Of a DNA stretch of 64,000 bases, positions 60,601-64,000 are shown piece by piece. The notes under the pieces are model-generated. The model had not been told where the DNA came from. It made no database searches and saw only the letters and a program-made list of their open reading frames with translations. The position numbers and the translations under genes were made by a program. Source of the stretch: Bispira polyomma (lineage: Eukaryota); contig OZ287755.1 of the NCBI GenBank assembly GCA_965649765.1, forward strand, positions 59,644,001 through 59,708,000, in the 5' to 3' direction. Each line of letters starts with the position of its first letter. The first letter of the stretch is position 1.

Positions 60601-62629
60601 TGTACAACTGTGAATATGTCTTAATTCCAATTAGCAATAGGCACTATGTAGAATGATATGCAATGATGCAAAATTGCAGGAAACAAATTTGATAAAGTGC
60701 CTCATTAAACTGCTTTCATTTTTGTACATGTTTCCTAATTACTGTGCCAACATCGCCCTTGCTTAGACATGGTCATTAGTTAACAGTGTCTAGACAACAG
60801 TTTTATATATCTGTCACAATGAAACTTAGCTTGATCCAGATGTTCCTTACCCATCAGTGGCAAGAACCATTGGTACTTTTATCCCCTGTAAGTACCACAA
60901 AATTCTACGCTGGCAAACCCATAGTACCATAAATGGTACCATAAATGAATATGAGAGACTGTGGTTGCACCCTAAGTGACAGAGCGTTTTCCTGATTAGT
61001 CTGAAATATGTGGTAGATTCACACCTTACCGTTGTCAACCAATTTTAACCAGGGTGCCTTCCATCCATGCTTCCCTATCTATCAAGGATAAACAGGGTGC
61101 CTGTGGCCTACTGTCAGAAAATGACAATTTTGGTGCTACTTTGGAATTGTATCTATTGATTTGAAAAAAAAATCAAAAATGCCAGATACCAGTCAACAAT
61201 TGGTGACAAAAACCGAAAATACATGAATCGTGGAAACTTAACAAGAAAAAAGTAATAGGTATTTTCCCATCTCAAAAGAGAGGGGTGATGTTAATTTGGA
61301 ACATAGAATTAGCTGGCAGTATGTAGCTGGTATGAGTCATGTCATTTTTGAGGAGAAAGATTCATTGTTTTATTAGATTGTGTATCTCAGCGAGGATGCC
61401 CAGTAAATTTTGTAGAGAGCAGCTGTGCATAAAGTAGAGCAAAGACAGTCAAAAGTATAGTAGTGACACAAACGAGGATAAGGTCAGCATGGCAAACAAT
61501 TCCTGATTCCTGTGTATTTATATACTTCTGTAATTTGGGTTTCATACCTATTTAATTTATCCATAGAGTTAGATTATTTGGTTTGATCATTTAATTAGAA
61601 GCTGCCTTGTGTTTTTTCACATACAATAGCTTTGAAAGAGTGTAGCTACTGTAGAAGCCAGTACGCCCAAGAGTACCAATTTAATAACAAAAAAAAATTT
61701 TAAAATAAAAACTATTTAATGAGAGATTGATACTCCCCTATTCCTCCCCCACGAATCTTTGTTAGCACTAAAGTAAACGGAATAAAAAAAAATAATGATA
61801 GAACATGAGTGCATGAAACAGATCTGTGTTCAATAATGGATGCATTTTGGACATAAAATCAATGTTTTATTAATACGTTGTTTTACACACCATTGCTACT
61901 TCATATTGGTACTACAAAAATTCATGATTTAGGGAGTTGTTAATATTGAATACTGGGAGCAGGTATAGCCTCTGTTTTAAATGAAGTACAAAAGCTTTGG
62001 ACCAGCCAAGTATCTTCAGAGGTAAAGGAATTTAAAACAATTGTGACACATTCGTTACTACTGGTTTCTGGAACATTTATTATTACTTCAGTTCATACAT
62101 GTACCATTAGGATCATTCTAGAGTATATAGAAAAGGGAAATTATATCATTATTGGTCACAGTCATGGCATTGTATATATATTATTAATGCTATTAATACT
62201 GCAAAAAAATAAAAAATGTGTACTCTTTACTTGCCTCACTGGGAATCCCACAACCTATGAGATCATCTAGGTAATTTATGATTTTATGGTTGTTCTTACC
62301 ACTAGTCTTTCAAAGTTGCATTTTGTGTAGACATTAAATTTAAAAATCTGTTATAGTTACAGCATAAGTGATGTATTATTTTTTAATTATTGATACACAT
62401 AACAGGTAACAACAATTTTAAATTAATTTCTTCACTTCTAAAAATCAAAGATGATATAGGCTGTTACAGCGCCTTCCACTCTCAACAAATAATTTGTGAT
62501 TTAAACAACAGACTGTTAGACAAAACAACTCTTTAATTCCTAATATTAACAGCTGATAAATATTTCTTCCTTTCAAATGCACTGTGATCATTATTCATAG
62601 CCTTTCAGTTAACCATAAATTTTTATTTA

Positions 62630-62815
62630 GTTGGCATTTGGGCTTTCAACAGCTTGTGTTATATTGCAAGAAAAGAGTACTGAAGCACTGTAAACCACCA
62701 TCCTACAGCAAGTAGCTGACAGACTTTCTCACCTAAATGAACGAAAGGGATTCAAACCCATATTGGTGAGAGGCCAGTGAAGCAGGTGTTTCTAACAACT
62801 AACCCACCGTGGTCC
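62630..62815 (-). mobile_element. tRNA-derived SINE remnant
   Basis: AAGGGATTCAAACCC (reverse B-box), GGTGAGAGGCCAGTG, AACCCACCGTGGTCCC (reverse A-box region). Confidence 0.65.
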
Positions 62816-63321
62816 CGGGTTAACCATGATTGGCTTATTATATGTCATGGACATGTCAAAATTTTGTTTATTCTTGTCAACATGATTTGAATGCTGTGCA
62901 AAAAAACACAACAATGATGTATTTTTCCTATAGACAAACGTGTACGATTTAAAAAGGTCTGTGTGTAGCAACTAAGGAGGTGTTCACAGGCTTAATGACA
63001 AGTGGTGTATGTTCATCAAATATTATATTAAAACATAAATTTTCTACCCTTTAGACGTTAAATATATAGGAATATTCCACCACTAAATTATCAATGGGCT
63101 CTATGGTAACCCAATAGGATTAAAGTTAATATTTGAACCAGTAAAATATAAGAATAGTAGGCGAGTGAGAGAAATAGCCTTTTAGAGGCTATGAATTTTT
63201 AAAGGTTAATGTACTGAGCTGATTAGAAATGCTGGCTACTGTCAATTTCCAAAACCAAGCGATTGAAGCAGTGCTAGTGCTACCAAACTTTGGTCATATC
63301 TTATTTTAAAGTGTTTTTATA

Positions 63322-63464
63322 GAGAGACCACCTCTGCAAGAAGACCACAGTTTCATTTTCCAAGACAAATGTTTAATAATATTCAACCTCGATATAAAGA
63401 CCACCTGTCAATAAAAACACTTTTGGGGTTCTGTTGGCGGTCTTTATATACAAGTTTCAATGTA
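63322..63464. mobile_element. Probable pogo/Tc1-mariner-type MITE end
   Basis: Repeated AAGACCAC subterminal motifs and terminus GGTCTTTATATACAAGTTTCAATG|TA; a similar left-end motif TA|CAGTCAAACC...AAAGACCAC at ~60003-60047. Confidence 0.45.
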
Positions 63465-64000
63465 TTTTGATAATAAATAAGTATTATATATACTTTTGCA
63501 TTGCAAAGATGGTATCATTGGACAGTGAGTTGAGGTATGTAGCTTCCTGTTGTTGCAGTGTGTATAATAAGTTTAAAAAGAAATACTTCAGCTTCATTTA
63601 TTTAACATAGTTAAACCATATACAACAAAAGTTGTTTTTAGTTTGCATTATTCCTGATCTTTTGGTTTCTTCAAAGGATGGATAACAATATCATGTATCT
63701 GTAAATAGAAATAAATAGTTGTCTGTCATTATATTTATAATACCAGTTCACATAAGCTATATTTCAACATAATAAGAACAGTTTTCAACCAAATTGTGAC
63801 TCTTATGAAGTCAGTCATTCGAGACACAATATATATATATATCTAACGATTATATCAAATATATAATCACATTTATATCGCAGAAGGCTAACCCTGTACA
63901 TGAGGCTTAGTCCATCACTAATATTTACCAGCTCGGGTTGGATTGTTGAAAAACCTGTGTGTGTAGCCAGTGGAAGATTTGCTCTTCACTGACACAGATA

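Overview
AT-rich, repeat-dense eukaryotic genomic DNA. The spliceosomal GT-AG introns, C1q-domain genes, tRNA-derived SINEs and L2/RTE-X LINEs point to a marine invertebrate, probably a lophotrochozoan such as a mollusc (inference). I assembled three multi-exon host genes by hand; the ORF track shows only fragments of two and misses the third. (1) Minus strand, ~558-7464 with a possible first exon at 15084-15123: a predicted surface protein with a ~136-aa beta-trefoil-like domain, CxxC Cys-rich modules, a Thr/Glu/Ala stalk and a GPI-type signal. A 2-bp frameshift in the stalk repeat separates the signal from the protein. (2) A minus-strand C1q-domain gene at 24794-28156 with an apparent frameshift near its 5' end. 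(3) A plus-strand C1q-domain paralogue at 50364-59685 with matching C1q exon sizes and an in-frame TAG. The two C1q genes lie head to head across ~22 kb of nested transposons: a decayed tyrosine-recombinase retrotransposon (DIRS/Ngaro-like, with a predicted in-phase gag-to-YR splice), tandem Helentron-type non-autonomous elements (one carrying an L2 LINE) and a two-gene PIF/Harbinger transposon with an internal 44-bp inverted repeat. Elsewhere there are an IS3EU-like element with a 6-bp TSD, CWG-TSD MITEs, many L2 and SINE remnants, a 24-bp minisatellite apparently seeded by a SINE, a 38-bp minisatellite with higher-order structure, and a duplicated upstream block. No rRNA, true tRNA or CRISPR feature was found. 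All calls come from manual reading; no database search was run.
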